64,000 nt of DNA from Malacoraja senta (Eukaryota). Made by a program: the position numbers and the translations under genes. The notes beneath the pieces are model-generated. The model did not search any database. It was given only the letters and a program-made list of their open reading frames with translations, and had not been told where the DNA came from. Below, piece by piece: positions 41,000-53,396 of this stretch (the stretch's first letter is position 1; the number at the start of each line of letters is the position of its first letter). The stretch is taken from positions 4,962,001 through 5,026,000 of the forward strand of contig CM075995.1 of the NCBI GenBank assembly GCA_038087875.1, read 5' to 3'.

Positions 41000-42364
41000 G
41001 CACATAGAAACATAGAAAATAGGTGCAGGAGTAGGCCATTCGGCCCTTCGAGCCGGCACCACCATTCAATATGATCATGGCTGATCATCCACAATCAGTA
41101 CCCCGTTCCTGATTTTTCCCCATATCCCTTGATTCCTTTAGCCCTAAGAGCTAAATCTAACTCTCTTGAAAACATCCAGTGAATTGGCCACCATTGCCTT
41201 CTGTGGCAGAGAATTCCACATATTTAAAAACTCTCTGGTTGAAAAAGTATTTCCACATCTCAGTCCCAAATGAGCCACCACTTATTCTTAAACCATGACC
41301 CCTGGTTCTGGACTCCCCCAACATGGGGGACATTGCTCCATATCCCTCCATTTTCTACAGATCCATGTACCTATCCAAAAGCCTCTTAAATGCTACCATT
41401 TTATCTTCCACCTCTACCATACTTGGCAGTGCATTCCAGGGACTCACCACTCTCTGTGTTAAATAAAATTTACCCCACACATCTCCTTGAAATTTAGTCC
41501 CACTCATGTACCAGCTATGCTCTGTGATCTTTGACATTTCCATCCAAAGAAAAAAAGTTCTGGCTGTCTACCCAATCTATGGCTCTTATGATTATGTATG
41601 TATCCATCAGGTCTCATAGATACATAGTTATATTGACAATATTGACATTTGGCCCTTTGGGCCAGCACCGCCATTCATTGCAATCATGGCTGATCATCCA
41701 CAATCAGTACCCCGTTCTTGCCTTCTCCCCATACCCCATGATTCCGCTAGTCCTAAGAGCTCTACCTAACTCTCTTTTGAATGCATCCAGTGAATCTGCC
41801 TCCACTGCCTTCTGATGCAGAGAATTCCACAAATTCACAACTCTCTGTGTGAAAATGTTTTTCTTCATATTCCTAAACGGTGGGCCCTGGTTCTGGACTC
41901 CCCCAACATCGGGAACATGTTTCCTGCATCTAGCGTGTCCAATACGTTTAATAATTTTATATGTTTCTATAAGTTCATCTCTCATCCTTCAAAATTCCAG
42001 TGAATACAAGCCCAAGTCGCTTCATTCTTTCATCATATGACAGTCCCGCCATCCCGGGAATTAACCTCGTGAACCTATGCTGCACTCCCTCAACAGCAAG
42101 AATGTCCTTCCTCAGATTAGGAGACCAAAACTGCACACAATACTCCAGGTGTGGTCTCACCAGGGCCCTGTACAACTGCAGTAGGACTTCTTTGCTCCTA
42201 TACTCAACTCCTCTCGTTACGAAGGCCAACATGCCATTAGCTTTCTTCACTGCCTGTTGTACCTGCATGCTTACTTTCAGTGACTGAAGTACAAGGACAC
42301 CCAGATCTTGTTATACTTCACCTACTCCTAATCTAACACCATTCAGATAATAATCTGCCTTCCC
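41000..42364 (-). mobile_element. Cluster of CR1 3' fragments; the last continues at 44190-45040
   Basis: [27 protein letters not shown]; resumes with gataacctcacatttatcc after the + strand insert. Confidence 0.88.
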
Positions 42365-44190
42365 TACCAGGAATCGTTGGTGTGGGAGGAGCGGCGTCCG
42401 GGCTGTGAGTATAATCCTCGACCGCGGGGCTTGTTTTACAGAGGCCCAGGAACCGTTGATGTGGGAGGAACCTAAATCTGTAACGTTCCAACGTTCCACT
42501 CGCATTCCACAGTTCAAAATAAGTGGGCTTGAGGAAGCCGCTGATTGGTGGAAGCGGACTAGAGGTAGCAGCTGATTGGGTGTCAGATCCCTGCTGATTT
42601 CTTCCAGCAGTTTGTATTGTATTGTATTGCACTTTATATTGTATCCAGGGTAAGGGAGGAGTATGAGGGCCAGGGCAGTTTACTGTTCTGGATGTCAGAT
42701 GTGGGAAGTCATGGAGTCTGATAGCCCTCCAGACGTCCACATCTGCGCCAGGTGCATCGAGATGGGGCTCCTAAGGGACCGTGTTAGGAACCTGGAGCAG
42801 CAGCTCGATGACCTCCGTCTGGTCAGGGAGAGTGAGGAGGTCATAGAGAGGAGTTATAGAGAGGTGGTCACTCCAAAACCACGGGACACAGACAAGTGGG
42901 TCACAGTTAGGAGGGGCAAGTGGCAGAGGCAGGGACTAGTGAGTACCCCGGTGGCTGTACACCTTGACAATAAGTACTCCTGTTTGAGTACTGTTGGGGG
43001 GGACAGCCTACCTGGGGGTAGCAACAACGGCCGGGCCTCCGGTACAGAGACCGGCCCTGTTGCTCAGAGGGGTAAGGAAAAGAAGAGGAGGGCAGTAGTA
43101 ATTGGGGACTCTATAGTTAGGGGGTCAGACAGGCGATTCTGTGGACGCAGTCGGGAGACCTGGATGGTAGTTTGCCTCCCTGGTGCCAGGGTCTGGGATG
43201 TGTCTGAACGTGTCCAAGATATCCTGAAATGGGAGGGAGAGGAGCCCGAGGTCATGGTACCTATAGGTACCAATGACATAGGTAGAAAAAGGGAAGAGGT
43301 CCTGAAAGGAGAATTTAGGGAGTTAGGAAGAGAGTTAAGGAAAAGGACCGCAAAGGTAACAATCTCAGGATTACTGCCTGTGCCACGCGACAGTGAGAGT
43401 AGGAATGGAGCGAGGTGGAGGATAAATGCGTGGCTGAAGGACTGGTGCAGTGGGCAGGGATTCAAGTTTCTGGATCATTGGAACCTCTTTTGGGGAAGGT
43501 GTGACCTGTACAAAAAGGACGGGTTGCACTTGAACCCGAGGGGGACCAATATCCTGGCGGGGAGATTTGCAAAGGCTACTGGGGAGACTTTAAACGAGGT
43601 TCTACTGCAATTGTACAGGGTCTTGGTGAGACCACACCTGGAGTATTGCGTACAGTTTTGGTCTCCTAATCTGAGGAAGGACATTCTTGCCATAGAGGGA
43701 GTACAGAGAAGGTTCACCAGACTGATTCCTGGGATGTCAGGACTTTCATATGAAGAAAGACTGGATAGACTCGGCTTGTACTCGCTGGAATTTAGAAGAT
43801 TGAGGGGGGATCTTATAGAAACGTACAAAATTCTTAAGGGTTGGACAGGCTAGATGCAGGAAGATTGTTCCCGATGTTGGGGAGGTCCAGAACAAGGGGT
43901 CACAGTTTAAGGATAAAGGGGAATTCTTTTAGGACTGAGATGAGAAAAACATTTTTTACACAGAGTGGTGAATCTCTGAAATTCTCTGCCACAGAATGTA
44001 GTTGAGGCCAGTTCATTGGCTATATTAAGAGGGAGTTAGATGTGGCCCTTGTGGCTAAAGGGATCAGGGGGTATGGAGAGAAAGCAGCTACAGGATACTG
44101 AGTTGGATGATCAGCCATGATCATATTGAATGGCGGTGCAGGCTCGAAGGGCCGAATGGCCTACTCCTGCACCTATTTTCTATGTTTCTA
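42365..44190 (+). mobile_element. Internally deleted CR1: 5' UTR, intact ORF1 and 3' end of ORF2/3' UTR
   Basis: 5' UTR with repeated cgttg.tgtgggagga; ORF 42663-43853; CR1 3' UTR and (tttctatg)n tail. Confidence 0.9.
42663..43853 (+). CDS. CR1 ORF1p (zinc finger, coiled coil, SGNH/GDSL esterase) fused in frame to the ORF2 C-terminal segment
   Basis: CSGCQMW..HICARC; heptad [19 protein letters not shown] blocks [25 protein letters not shown]; junction ..[22 protein letters not shown] at 43595/43596. Confidence 0.8.
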   Translation: MRARAVYCSGCQMWEVMESDSPPDVHICARCIEMGLLRDRVRNLEQQLDDLRLVRESEEVIERSYREVVTPKPRDTDKWVTVRRGKWQRQGLVSTPVAVHLDNKYSCLSTVGGDSLPGGSNNGRASGTETGPVAQRGKEKKRRAVVIGDSIVRGSDRRFCGRSRETWMVVCLPGARVWDVSERVQDILKWEGEEPEVMVPIGTNDIGRKREEVLKGEFRELGRELRKRTAKVTISGLLPVPRDSESRNGARWRINAWLKDWCSGQGFKFLDHWNLFWGRCDLYKKDGLHLNPRGTNILAGRFAKATGETLNEVLLQLYRVLVRPHLEYCVQFWSPNLRKDILAIEGVQRRFTRLIPGMSGLSYEERLDRLGLYSLEFRRLRGDLIETYKILKGWTG

Positions 44191-45040
44191 TGATAACCTC
44201 ACATTTATCCACATTATACTGCATCTGCCCTGCATCTGCCCACTCACCCAATCTGTCCAAATCACCCTGCATCGTCATAGCATCCTCTTCACAGTTCACA
44301 CTGCCACCCAGCCTTGTGTCATCTGCAAATTTGCTAATGTTACTTCTAATTCCTTCATCTAAATCATTAGTGTATATTGTGAATAGCTGCTATCCCAGCA
44401 CCGAGTCTTGCGGTACCCCACTAGTCACTCTGAAAGGGACCCGTTAATTCCTACTCTTTGTTTCCTCTCTGTCAACCAATTTTCTATCCATGTCAATACC
44501 CTACCCCCAATACCATGTGCTCTAATTTTACCCACTAATCTCCTGTGTGGGACCTTATCAAAGGCTTTCTGAAAGTCCAGGTACACTACATCCACTGGGT
44601 CTCCCTTGTCCATTTTACTTGTTACATCCTCAAAACATTCCAGAAGATTAGTCAAGCATGATTTCCCCTTCATAAATCCATGCTGACTTGGACCGATCCT
44701 GTTACAGCTATTCAAATGTGCCGCTATTACATCTTTGATAATCGACTCCATCATCGTCCCCACCACGGATGTCAGGCTAACTGGTCTATAATTCCCTGCT
44801 TTCTCTCTCCCTCCTTTCTTGAAAAGTGGGATAACACTAGCTACCCTCCAATCCACAGGAACTGATCCAGAATCTATAGAACATTGGAAAATGGTCACCA
44901 ATGTGTCCACGATTTGTAGAGCCACCTCCTTGAGAACCCTGGGATGCAGACCATCAGGCCCCGGGGATTTATCAGCCTTCAGTCACATCAGTCTACCCAA
45001 CACCATTTCCTGACTAATGTGAATTTCCTTCAGTTCCTCC
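44190..45040 (-). mobile_element. CR1 RT fragment
   Basis: DWRVASVIPLFKKG..NYRPVSLTS..DFQKAFDKVPH. Confidence 0.92.
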
Positions 45041-45524
45041 ATCATCACCTTGACCTCCAACTTTCCAGAGAAAACATCCAATTTATCCAACCTCTCCTTA
45101 TTTCCAATAATCTCTAATCGAGGAAGCATTCTGGTAAACCTCTTCTGCACCCTCCATTTCTTTCCTGTAATAGGCTGACCAGGACTGCACAAAATACTCC
45201 AAATGTGGAGTAACCAAAGTGTTATAAAACTATAACACAACTTCCAGAATTTTATGCACAAACTTCTTCACCTTTTTTATTCATCGGGGTCTCTGCTGGT
45301 GTAGTCTTTATAATTTAATGTGCAGTGGATTTCAACAATATCTAGGTTATCTGAGAGAAGACAAGCTGGCTTTAGGGCATTGGGTGTTCGCAGTCTGTGT
45401 TTTGTATTTGGTAGTGATCCATCTGGAAGACACTAGACCGCAAACAGACCAAGTTGCTGCTAAATGTTGACCATAACCATGTAAACATCAGGGTTGTGGG
45501 TAACACATCATGGGGGTCATTTAC

Positions 45525-45898
45525 GTGTAGGAAGGAACTGCAGATGCTGGTTCAAACCAAAGACAGACACAAAAAGCTGGAGTAACTCAGCGGGACAGGC
45601 AGCATCTCTGGAGAGAAGGAATGGGTGACGTTTCGGGTCGAGACCCTTCTTCAGACTGGTTAGGGATAAGAGAAACGAGAGATATAGACGATGATGTGGA
45701 GAGATAAAGAACAATGAATGAAAGATATGCAAACAAGTAATGATGACAAAGGAAACAGACCATTGTTAGCTGTTTGTTAGGTGAAAACGAGAAGCTAGTG
45801 CGACTTGGGTGGGGGAGGGATAGAGGGAGAGGGAATGCCGGGGCTATCTGAAGTGAGAGAAATCAATATTCATACCACTGGGCTGTAAGCTTCCCAAT
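45525..45898 (-). mobile_element. Penelope 3' end (last GIY-YIG codons plus tail)
   Basis: Reverse complement LGSLQPSGMNIDFSHFR*, then tail with hammerhead motif and gagatgctgcctgtcccgctgagttactccagc. Confidence 0.85.
45627..45654 (-). ncRNA. Best-preserved minimal hammerhead ribozyme-like motif
   Basis: Reverse complement: agt CTGAAGA A GGGTCTCGACCC GAAA CG TC acc. Confidence 0.65.
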
Positions 45899-46809
45899 TT
45901 ATATTGTCTACTATCAGTGGGTGACTGATTCTGATGAGTAATATTAATGCACTATAAACTCTTACCCGGTTGGTAAAAGATCACGTCAAGTATCGGTGCT
46001 GGCTCGAACGGCCGAATGGCCTCCTCCTGCACCTATTTTCTATGTATCAAGTAGCGGTGGAAGTCTATCCATGTCTTTATTATCCATGAGAACATGTATG
46101 GATTGTCAGAAAGGGAATTGCTTATCCCATTTTAACATGTGAAAAGATTTGCATATTAGCATGCAAATCTTTAATCATCCCATCTTGTTTCATAAAGCAA
46201 TTATTTTTGTGATTAACATCTTCCAATGCTAGGTAGATTTAGGCAGACTGGTGTAGATTTAAATAATGAGCTACAGGCAATAAGGGAATGTGTGTGGAAG
46301 CCTGTGCTGATGAACTGAGGATTATTTTCATTATCTTCAGTATATAAGCAGAACTGTGGAAAATATAATTGAAGCATACTCCCTGGAGCCCCGTCCTTGA
46401 ACAGTTCAATCCAAAGTAATCAGTTCTTGGCCACCACCATTGTACCCTTGGTTTTCAATTGAATACTATTAATCAGGTTAATAACACCCTGACCACTGTA
46501 TACTGTATTAATGCTCAGACTGTTTTAGCAATAACAAGGAGAGCACAAGGAACATCTCTGTCCCATCAGGGTCCATTTCGTTAATGTGCTTAAAGAATGT
46601 TTTGGAGAAATGTGGTGCCACAAGTGGCCAAGTCAATGGATATTTTGAAGGCAGAGCTGGATATATTCTTGGTAAGTCAGGTGTCAGGGATTATGGGGAA
46701 GGCAGGAGAATGGGGTTAGGAGGGAGAGATAGATCAGCCATGATTGAATGGCAGAGTAGACTTGATAGGCCAAAATAGCCTAATTCTGCTCCTATCACAT
46801 GAATTTATA

Positions 46810-49141
46810 ATCTTGTTATGAATATCATTAGTGTATTTTGTATTGAGAATCCAATTAAATTGATAAAATCATCATTAATTCGGTTAAAGCTAAGTATCCT
46901 CATCCAAAAAAATGTAATCTGTTGTTCATTTTGCCTACACTTACCTGTACATAACAGATAGGTGGGTATGAATATCCATCTTCAAATAATCTGATCACGC
47001 CTTAAAATATTGGCTCTTGATTCTAATGGATTCCATCATAATGTGTAATTGACTCCATCATAATGTGTAAAAATGGTTCATTTTATTCAGCCTGATACTC
47101 AGTGAAGCAGGAATCGATCGAATGCTGAACATTACGCTGCATCTTTATTTTTCTCTCCCCCCCCCCCCCCCCATGGTACATTTGGTGACCAAAATGATGG
47201 TTGAAAATGTCCCCACACTGAACAAACAAACTGACTGCAATTACTCTCATTCCACCATAAGTACAAAACTACATGCATAAACATTTTTTCTTTAAAAAGA
47301 TAGCAAAAGCCGACAGAATTGAATAACAAACAACTCGCATGCACTTTCTTTTGTGAGTTGACCATCACAATAAACCATAAGACATCATCTGGACCCATCA
47401 AGCAATGGGTGCCAGTTCTGTTATTTAAAATCTCCCCCTCCCTAACCATTAGCTCTGCTACTCACAGAACATTTAATTTTGTACAGAAACCTTGAATATT
47501 AATAGTTGTGAGACTGTTTATAGTGTGATCAGATTAGTGAAAATGAACATGCCTCATTATTTATTATATAAATTCAGAAAATTTCCCTTTAAGTCAGACG
47601 CCAACCAAAATATTTTGCATCGCACTTTTTATAGTAGCTTTCAACATCGAGGACAAAAATACTTGAACAATTGTCTCTAGCACGGTCTAATCTATGTGAC
47701 TTTTAGAATAAACCCTGTTCTGCTTTCCAGTTTTGTTATGGGGATGACTATGAGGGTGGTAAAGCATTCAATGAGCATCTCCTTATATTCTGGGATGGTC
47801 TCTTGACCACCAAGTAGACACAGAAATAGTCTTCCAACCACCAACCACTATTAACAAAATGAAAGCCAGCATTCTTTTTTTGAATGAAAACTTCCATTTG
47901 ACCCAGAAGGAAGTAGCAAAGTCTAAGACACCTAACGGATTTAGTTGGGGAAGTGAGAAACAGGGGGAGGGCCACCAAAGCCTCTGAAGAGGCAACATGA
48001 AGCTGTCCATTAAGCCACCCACTGCTACCTTCTGTAGATGGATAACTCCCCTGTGCAAAGACAAGGTTCCCCAAATATACAATGGTCAATAATAAATCCA
48101 CAATGGAATTTGGCAAAACCGTCGTTAGACAGAGAGAGTGATTAGACTACCAAACTGGTTTCCATGTTCAGGAGTTGAAATGAAAAGCAAAGCATCAAAG
48201 CAGGTTTGTGAATTCATGCAGAAGGAAGTGGAGGCTGATGTTGGTGAGTTGGAAGAACCATTTAGAGCAGAAAGACTGGTACGTATCTGCAGTGACCTGC
48301 TTCTGTACTACACAATCCGCACGATGGTTATGAACAAATCAGCAACCCTTGCAAACCGTGATTCTCTGCTCTGGACGGCAGTCCGACATCATTGCATTTG
48401 TGAGCTGAAAAGAGGTGTTTTTAATTTTGACAGTAACAAAAAGACACTGGTACCACAAGTTACTAACGTTTTCCACTATTTCAGAAATGGACAATGTCAA
48501 TTGGTACAAGTATACAGAGATTAATATGACAATGTTAACGCGAAAATATTTGTTGCAGTTTATCTGTGCAGCATCAATGCCATTTTTAAGTTCGCCACAA
48601 GCCCCTGAATTTATCAAGTCTTAGAAGAGAACAAGGTGGGGGGGGAGAGTAAGTTGATATATTTTATCATAGCCAGAGGTGAAGTACGGTACTTATCGGA
48701 CAATGATACAAACATTCAGGCATATGCAACACCATGCTGACGATCACAATTCTGACAATAGTTTGGTTGGGTTGGAATTTTTCACACATTGCACTTTTCT
48801 CTTGCATTCTTATTGCACAAATAAGTATGTTTCTTTCAAGTATCCTTTTTTAATGTATTTTGAATTTTTTTTTTACAAAACGTAATCAGCTTTCATCTCA
48901 ATACCTTTAACATAGTAAAATATATTTATATAATCTACTATACTTTAGACTTCAAACCTCAATTAGAAATTACCTAATGCCTCAAAGTGACCAATTCAAA
49001 TACAAATTCTGAACTTGACCAAATACAAATTGCCAGTCAAACATGTATCCAACTCTGAATGATTATAGATTTGTTTCTAGAGACGTAGTACTATTTGGTG
49101 ATCTCAGTTACTGGATCAATCAGCCGAGGTCACGATTCCTT
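46810..49141 (-). promoter_or_regulatory. MATCAP2: Probable MATCAP2 3' UTR; candidate minus-strand AATAAA at 47144-47149 and 47082-47087
   Basis: About 2.3 kb with no recognisable interspersed repeat directly after the stop codon. The exact 3' end cannot be determined. Confidence 0.5.
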
Positions 49142-49300
49142 TCAGATCAAAATCTGGAGTTCATTATCTGTCAGCCCATTCACTTTCATAATCTTGTCCA
49201 GTTGCTCCATATACCGAAGTTGATCTTGCATGAAGTGAGGTATCTGTGCATTCTGCAAGATGGCGATAATCCTCAAGCGGTCCACGTCCTCATGAGATAT
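49142..49300 (-). CDS. MATCAP2: MATCAP2 (KIAA0895) last coding exon, microtubule-associated tyrosine carboxypeptidase family
   Basis: Minus-strand acceptor ttaccttcag|ATA. Translates ISHEDVDRLRIIAILQNAQIPHFMQDQLRYMEQLDKIMKVNGLTDNELQILI*, matching the KIAA0895 C-terminus pattern (VSYEDVDRL..PHF.QD..RYME.L.KIM.VN.LTD.EL..LI). Syntenic with EEPD1. Confidence 0.92.
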   Translation of the reverse strand: MSHEDVDRLRIIAILQNAQIPHFMQDQLRYMEQLDKIMKVNGLTDNELQILI

Positions 49301-49715
49301 CTGAAGGTAAGAGAAAATGGAAATAAAATTTACTTTTATTGCATGTAACAAGCATCTGTTTTTTTTTTCAGGCAGCGTGAGGGTGATTGTATCAAATGTA
49401 AGGCCCAGCCAAGAACGGGATGTTAAATTGTCGATCATTATGTGGGTGGTCTTAGTTCAGATCCAACTCAGAGAAAAAAAACAAGTTTTTATTAAGATTG
49501 GAAAATCGTTGGGAGAAAAAGTTGATACCAAATACGTAGAACGGACCAAAAGGTTCCTTGTATGTCTCAACAAAATCATTCCCTTAAATCATAGTCATAC
49601 AGCACGGAAACAGGCCCTTCGGCCCATCTTGCCCATGCCGACCGAGATGCCCCATCTACACTAGTCCTTCCCCCTGCCCACATTTGGCCCATATCCCTCT
49701 AAACCTTTCCTATCC

Positions 49716-50497
49716 GTCTGTCTTTTTTTATTTTTGTCTTGTTAAGTGGATGTCTTGGCTTTATTTTTATATTATTTTTTAGCTGTGTATATGTGGGGGG
49801 CGGGGGGGGGGACTTTTTAATCTCTTCCCTGTACGGGGACCTGACTTTTCTTTGTCGAGTCTCCATTGCCGTTGTCGTTGTCATTGGGTCTAACATCATG
49901 TAGCCAGCAGCCTCCAACAGGAATCGACCTGGAGCTCCAGTCGCAGCGTCTGCGGACTCACTATCGCGGAGCTGGCCGACTTCGGAGTGCGGAGCGCTGT
50001 GGTGGCGCGCGGCTGCGACCCGACTTCGGAGCTCGGAGGCTCCGGCTGCAGGTCTGTGGACGGTAACATCGGGAGCTCGCGGGTCCCTGGTGTGAGACCG
50101 CTTTTCGGAGCTCCTGCAACGGCAAACTTCGCCCGTTCGAGTCGAGGGGTTTAAATCGACCAGGAGCGGGGCCTTACATCGCCCGGCGTGGCTTAAACGG
50201 CTGCGGGACACCATCGCCCGCCGGGGGGCTCTAGCATCTAACATCAGGAGCCTCGATCGGCTCGATGTAGCAGTTTGGCTGCTTGACTGCGGGAGAGGAA
50301 TGGGCACAGAGAACAGGGAAGAGATAAGACTTTTGCCTTCCATCACAGTGAGGAGGTGTTTGGGGAATCACTGTGATGGATGTTTTGTGTGAAAATGTGT
50401 TAATTGTGTGTTGTTGTTTTTTTGTTTGATGATAATTGCAGAAACGAAATTTTGTTTGAACGTATGTTCAATTGACAATAAACGTTATCTTATCTTA
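49716..50497 (+). mobile_element. Unclassified GC-rich non-coding retroposon, copy 2
   Basis: Ends tgacaataaacg(ttatc)n; interrupts a CR1 tail; hairpin ccatcacagtg..cactgtgatgg at ~50340-50379. Confidence 0.65.
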
Positions 50498-51241
50498 TCT
50501 TAAATGTTATTATAGTACCTGCCTCAACTACCTCCTTTGGCGGCTCGTTCCATTTACCCACCACCCTCTGTGTGGAAAAAGTTGCCCACCTCACCTTAAA
50601 GTTATAAATCGTGCAAATATCCCTGAGTACTAACACACCTTTGAAGGAGAGGGGTGGAAAGTCTGTAACACCTGTCCAGAGGAGACTGGCAATGGAATTG
50701 AGAAGTAGGGGGTGCAGCCAGAGGTTAAGGAGAAGACTCAATGCTCCTTGGATGTATTACTATTTGAACAGAATGGTGAATGCATTGACCAGACTCTGCC
50801 CAGTGAAACAAAGGCAACAAATCATGTGAGAAATTTGAGAAAGAAGTGGCCAGATATTGGCCAGGATACGCGATTCGGTTGCTATTTAATTTAAGGGTCT
50901 GACCTAATGGATGGAATTGTATATTTTTAGTTTTAGTTTAGAGATACAGTGCGGAGACAGGCCCTTCGGCCCACCGAGTCCGCGCCAACCAGCGATCCCC
51001 GCACACTGACACTAACACACGAGGGGCTATTTACAAATATACCAAGCCAATTACCCTACAAACCCGTACATCTTCGGAACTTGGGAGGAAACCGGAGCTC
51101 CCGGAGAAAACCCACACAGGTCACGAGGACAATGTACAAACACTGTACAGGCATGCAATGGAATGGATAACTTTATTGTCACATGTGACAAGGCACAGTG
51201 AAATTCTTTGCTGCATACCCAATGTATACAAATAGCAGCCA

Positions 51242-52105
51242 GCTCTGTGATCCAGTCTGTGTCCCAGAGTTAGATTTAGTAGTTTGCATTCCAGTTAGAT
51301 ACTGGCAATGAATGCCGTCCATAAAACCTGTTCTAGCAAACCCAGTCCAGTTTCGCAGCCTCACAGAACACAGAATTGTACACAACCGGAAATCTTATTT
51401 GGGCCCTAATGAAGCTCAAAGTTACAAAGTACATCGGCTCCTCCTTTTGTTCTCCACCCCCCCCCCCCCTCTACAGTGGTCCCCCACGGTGGGTTCCCAT
51501 TGTCCATTGTTCTTCCACCCTCCCCTACACCATAGTCACGATTGAACCCTGGTCTCTGACACTGAAAGGCAGCAACTCTACTGCTGTGCCCAAACATTTG
51601 TTTCTTCTATTGCACCTTGTATAGAAGATAGAAAAATGAGCACATTCCATTGTTCGTGTATTTGCTCTTTGGAAGATTGGGCTGATCGTCATCCCATGCA
51701 TTCTCACATTTTATGAATGTGGAGTTAAAGTTTGGTTGGCCTCGTATGCCAAGCTGCGGACTTAAACTGGCACAAATGCAGATCTTGAATCCTTGTGCAG
51801 CCGCCTAAAATAGTAAATCTGATACTGCCTCAACAAAGTACCCCCTCACTTTGGATTTGTCCATTGAGCTTCATTAGGGCCCAAATAAGATTTCCGGTTG
51901 TGTACAATTCTGTGAGGCTGTGAAACTGGACTGGGTTTGCGAGAACGGGTTTTATGGACGGCATTCATAAATGATTACACACACAGCTTTTCTCTGCTGT
52001 ACATTTGTATGTTTTTCCTATTTGGAGATCATATTCTATTTTCAGTATCTAACTGGAATGCGAACTACCAAATCTAACGCTGGGACACAGACTGGCTCAC
52101 AGAGC
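51242..52105. repeat. Long inverted repeat (arms ~51242-51430 and ~51852-52105)
   Basis: For example gaattgtacacaaccggaaatcttatttgggccctaatgaagctcaa is mirrored by ttgagcttcattagggcccaaataagatttccggttgtgtacaattc; the right arm has an extra ~75 nt. Confidence 0.9.
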
Positions 52106-52372
52106 AATGAAGTAACTCTGACCATAACCCCACACAAATCCAGTAGGTCAACTGTCACCACGTTTTAGAATAAATATTTCAGATGTATATACACTGTTAC
52201 TGAATAAGGTCTTTAATACCTTAATACTCTCAGTTTTGTACAGGATGCCAATACAAAAATATCATGGTAGAGGGCATAGCTTCAAGGTGAGGGGCAGTTT
52301 AAAGGAGATGTGCGAGTCAAGGATTTTTGGTGGTGGGTGCCTGGAACGCATGACCTTTGGGGGGGACAGACA

Positions 52373-53020
52373 TTAAAAGCTGGAGTAACTCAGTGGGACA
52401 GTCGAGACCCTTCTTCAGACTGAAAGTCACGGGAAAGGGAAACGAGAGATGTAGACGATGATGTAGAGAGATAAAGAACAATGAATGAAAGATATGCAAT
52501 AAAGTAACAATGATAAAGGAAACAGGCCATTGTTGGCTGTTTGGTCGGTGAGATCAAATAGCTGGTGTGACTTGGGTCGGGGGAGGAATGGAGAGAAAGG
52601 GAACGCAGGGGTTACTTGAAGTTAGAGAAATCATTTTCATACCATTGGGTGTAAGCTGCCCAAGCGAAATGTGAGATGCTGTTCCTCCAATTTGCGTTTA
52701 GCCTCACTCTGACAATGGAGGAGGCCTAGGACAGAAAGGTCAGTGTGGGAATGGGAAGGGGAATGAAAGTGTTTAGCAACCGGGAGATCAAGTAGGTCCA
52801 GGTGGGCTGAGCGAAGGTGTTCAGCGAAATGATCGCCAAGTCTACAATTGGTCTCGCCAATGTATCAGAGTCCACATCTAGAACAACGGATAGAGTCGAT
52901 GAGGTTGGAGGAGGTGCAAGTGAACCTCTGCTAACCTGAAAGGACTGTCGGGGTCCCTGGACAGAATCAAGGGAGGAGGTATAGGGACAGGTGTTACATC
53001 CCCTGTGGTTGCAGGAGATT
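52373..53020 (-). mobile_element. Penelope-like element remnant with GIY-YIG endonuclease
   Basis: Reverse complement QRFTCTSSNLIDSIRCSRCGL*YIGETNCRLGDHFAEHLR..PVAKHF..LLHCQSEAKRKLEEQHL.FRLG; tail carries a partial hammerhead motif at ~52401-52418. Confidence 0.9.
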
Positions 53021-53396
53021 GCCTTTGGGGGGGGGGGGGGGATCTGGAGGGAGTGGGGGCTGTGGTGGTGGCAGTTATGGTATTGGTTTTGATGCAGCCT
53101 TTAGATAGACACGTGGATATGAAGGAATATGAATCATGAGCTGGCAGATGAGATTAATTTTTCTTGGCAACATGTTCGGCATGGACATTGTGGGCTTTGC
53201 TGTACTTTGCTGCACTGGTTTATGTGTGTGTGGGCATTTAGACTAACCTTCAATTGTGAACCACTCAACTTAAATCAAAGGAGGAAGGGTTTGGTGATTG
53301 TTAAGTTTACAATCCTGGATTAAATTTTTGATCTTGCTGCTAGTTTATGAATCCGAGATGGCAAAACCTGAGCTGAGAAAGAGCTCAGGGCATTAG

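Noticed and set aside
48138..48524. 128-aa + strand ORF
   Set aside because: Antisense within the probable MATCAP2 3' UTR, non-ATG start, no recognisable motif.
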